A DNA stretch of 60,718 bases, taken from NCBI GenBank assembly GCA_037442105.1, contig JBBIQV010000014.1:1-60718 (forward strand). Direction: 5' to 3'. This document shows, one piece after another, positions 60,331-60,718 of the stretch. The notes beneath the pieces are model-generated. The model was not told where the DNA came from and did no database searches. It was given only the letters and a program-made list of their open reading frames with translations. The translations under genes were made by a program, and so were the position numbers. The stretch comes from Nitrospiraceae bacterium. Its GTDB lineage: Bacteria; Nitrospirota; Nitrospiria; Nitrospirales; Nitrospiraceae. The stretch's first letter is position 1. The number at the start of each line of letters is the position of its first letter.

Positions 60331-60712
60331 TCTCAAGAAAATCAGTGCGCTTCTCAACCAGTGCTCCCGCGAAGAACGCCGAGAGATATTGCGTATGCTT
60401 CGGCGGGAATTCCCTATACACGAACTGGAAAGAAAGCTCAACGTATCCGCGGAGATTATCCTCGAAGCCATCGACCGCAGCTCTGACCTGACACTCCGCG
60501 GCATAAGAGGAGTCATAGCCGAGGCTGCATTCAAAGAGTACATCGTAATTCCGATGACTGAAAACGGCTGGAAGGATATCCCGATTAACGGAAACCCGAC
60601 CTATGATTTTCTGATGGAATCCCCTTCGGGGTCGAAGGTGAAGATCCAAGTAAAGATGCAGCGTATCAGTAGTGTCCCAACGTTGATGCCCTGTATCTCG
60701 CTAACATGCTGA
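60317..60712 (+). CDS. Putative PD-(D/E)xK restriction endonuclease, probably truncated
   Basis: RGVIAE...PTYDF...KIQVK fits an E...D...QxK nuclease core; the ORF ends shortly after the motif. Confidence 0.5.
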   Translation: MTNVDLKKISALLNQCSREERREILRMLRREFPIHELERKLNVSAEIILEAIDRSSDLTLRGIRGVIAEAAFKEYIVIPMTENGWKDIPINGNPTYDFLMESPSGSKVKIQVKMQRISSVPTLMPCISLTC

Positions 60713-60718
60713 GCACAC

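Overview
A GC-rich chromosomal segment. Gene content and repeat style suggest a Nitrospira-like bacterium (inference). It has four zones. (1) 1-10.5 kb is a minus-strand defence island: a type I restriction-modification operon (hsdM, hsdS; hsdR probably beyond the left edge) packed with accessory genes. These are an internally deleted YhcG/DUF1016 gene, a DUF4062-HATPase-HTH gene, an Abi/UG-class reverse transcriptase with a YRDD motif split by a 1-nt frameshift, and a RhuM-Fic gene. Two toxin-antitoxin (TA) modules and relics of a WYL regulator and cas3 follow. (2) 10.7-25 kb holds housekeeping genes (trxB, thiI, queG, sigma-54 regulator, FKBP PPIase, DEAD-box helicase, RRM protein, M28 peptidase) interrupted by MITEs and a block of three TA modules. 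(3) 25-52 kb is a porin/SBP/PAS histidine kinase/OmpR regulator module. It is followed by an 11-bp-periodic operator array and a long co-oriented candidate biosynthetic and export cluster: three glycosyltransferases (one fused to a deacetylase-like domain), two APH-like kinases, a radical SAM-SPASM/Twitch enzyme, a very divergent RtcB-fold protein, a methyltransferase, an aldolase/SDR, an ABC exporter and a MacAB-TolC-like pump. (4) 52-60.7 kb has rnz, uvrA, more TA and IS debris, an attC-like site and a type II RM locus. The best candidates for novelty are the RtcB-fold enzyme inside the glyco-phospho cluster, the RT translationally coupled inside a type I RM operon, and a recurring architecture in which accessory cassettes sit beside diverged duplicates (stubs) of a neighbouring gene's end (hsdR, hsdM x2, cas3, NP-repeat gene, uvrA). 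Palindromic repeats are also inserted in frame into several proteins. All family calls come from motif recognition, not database searches.
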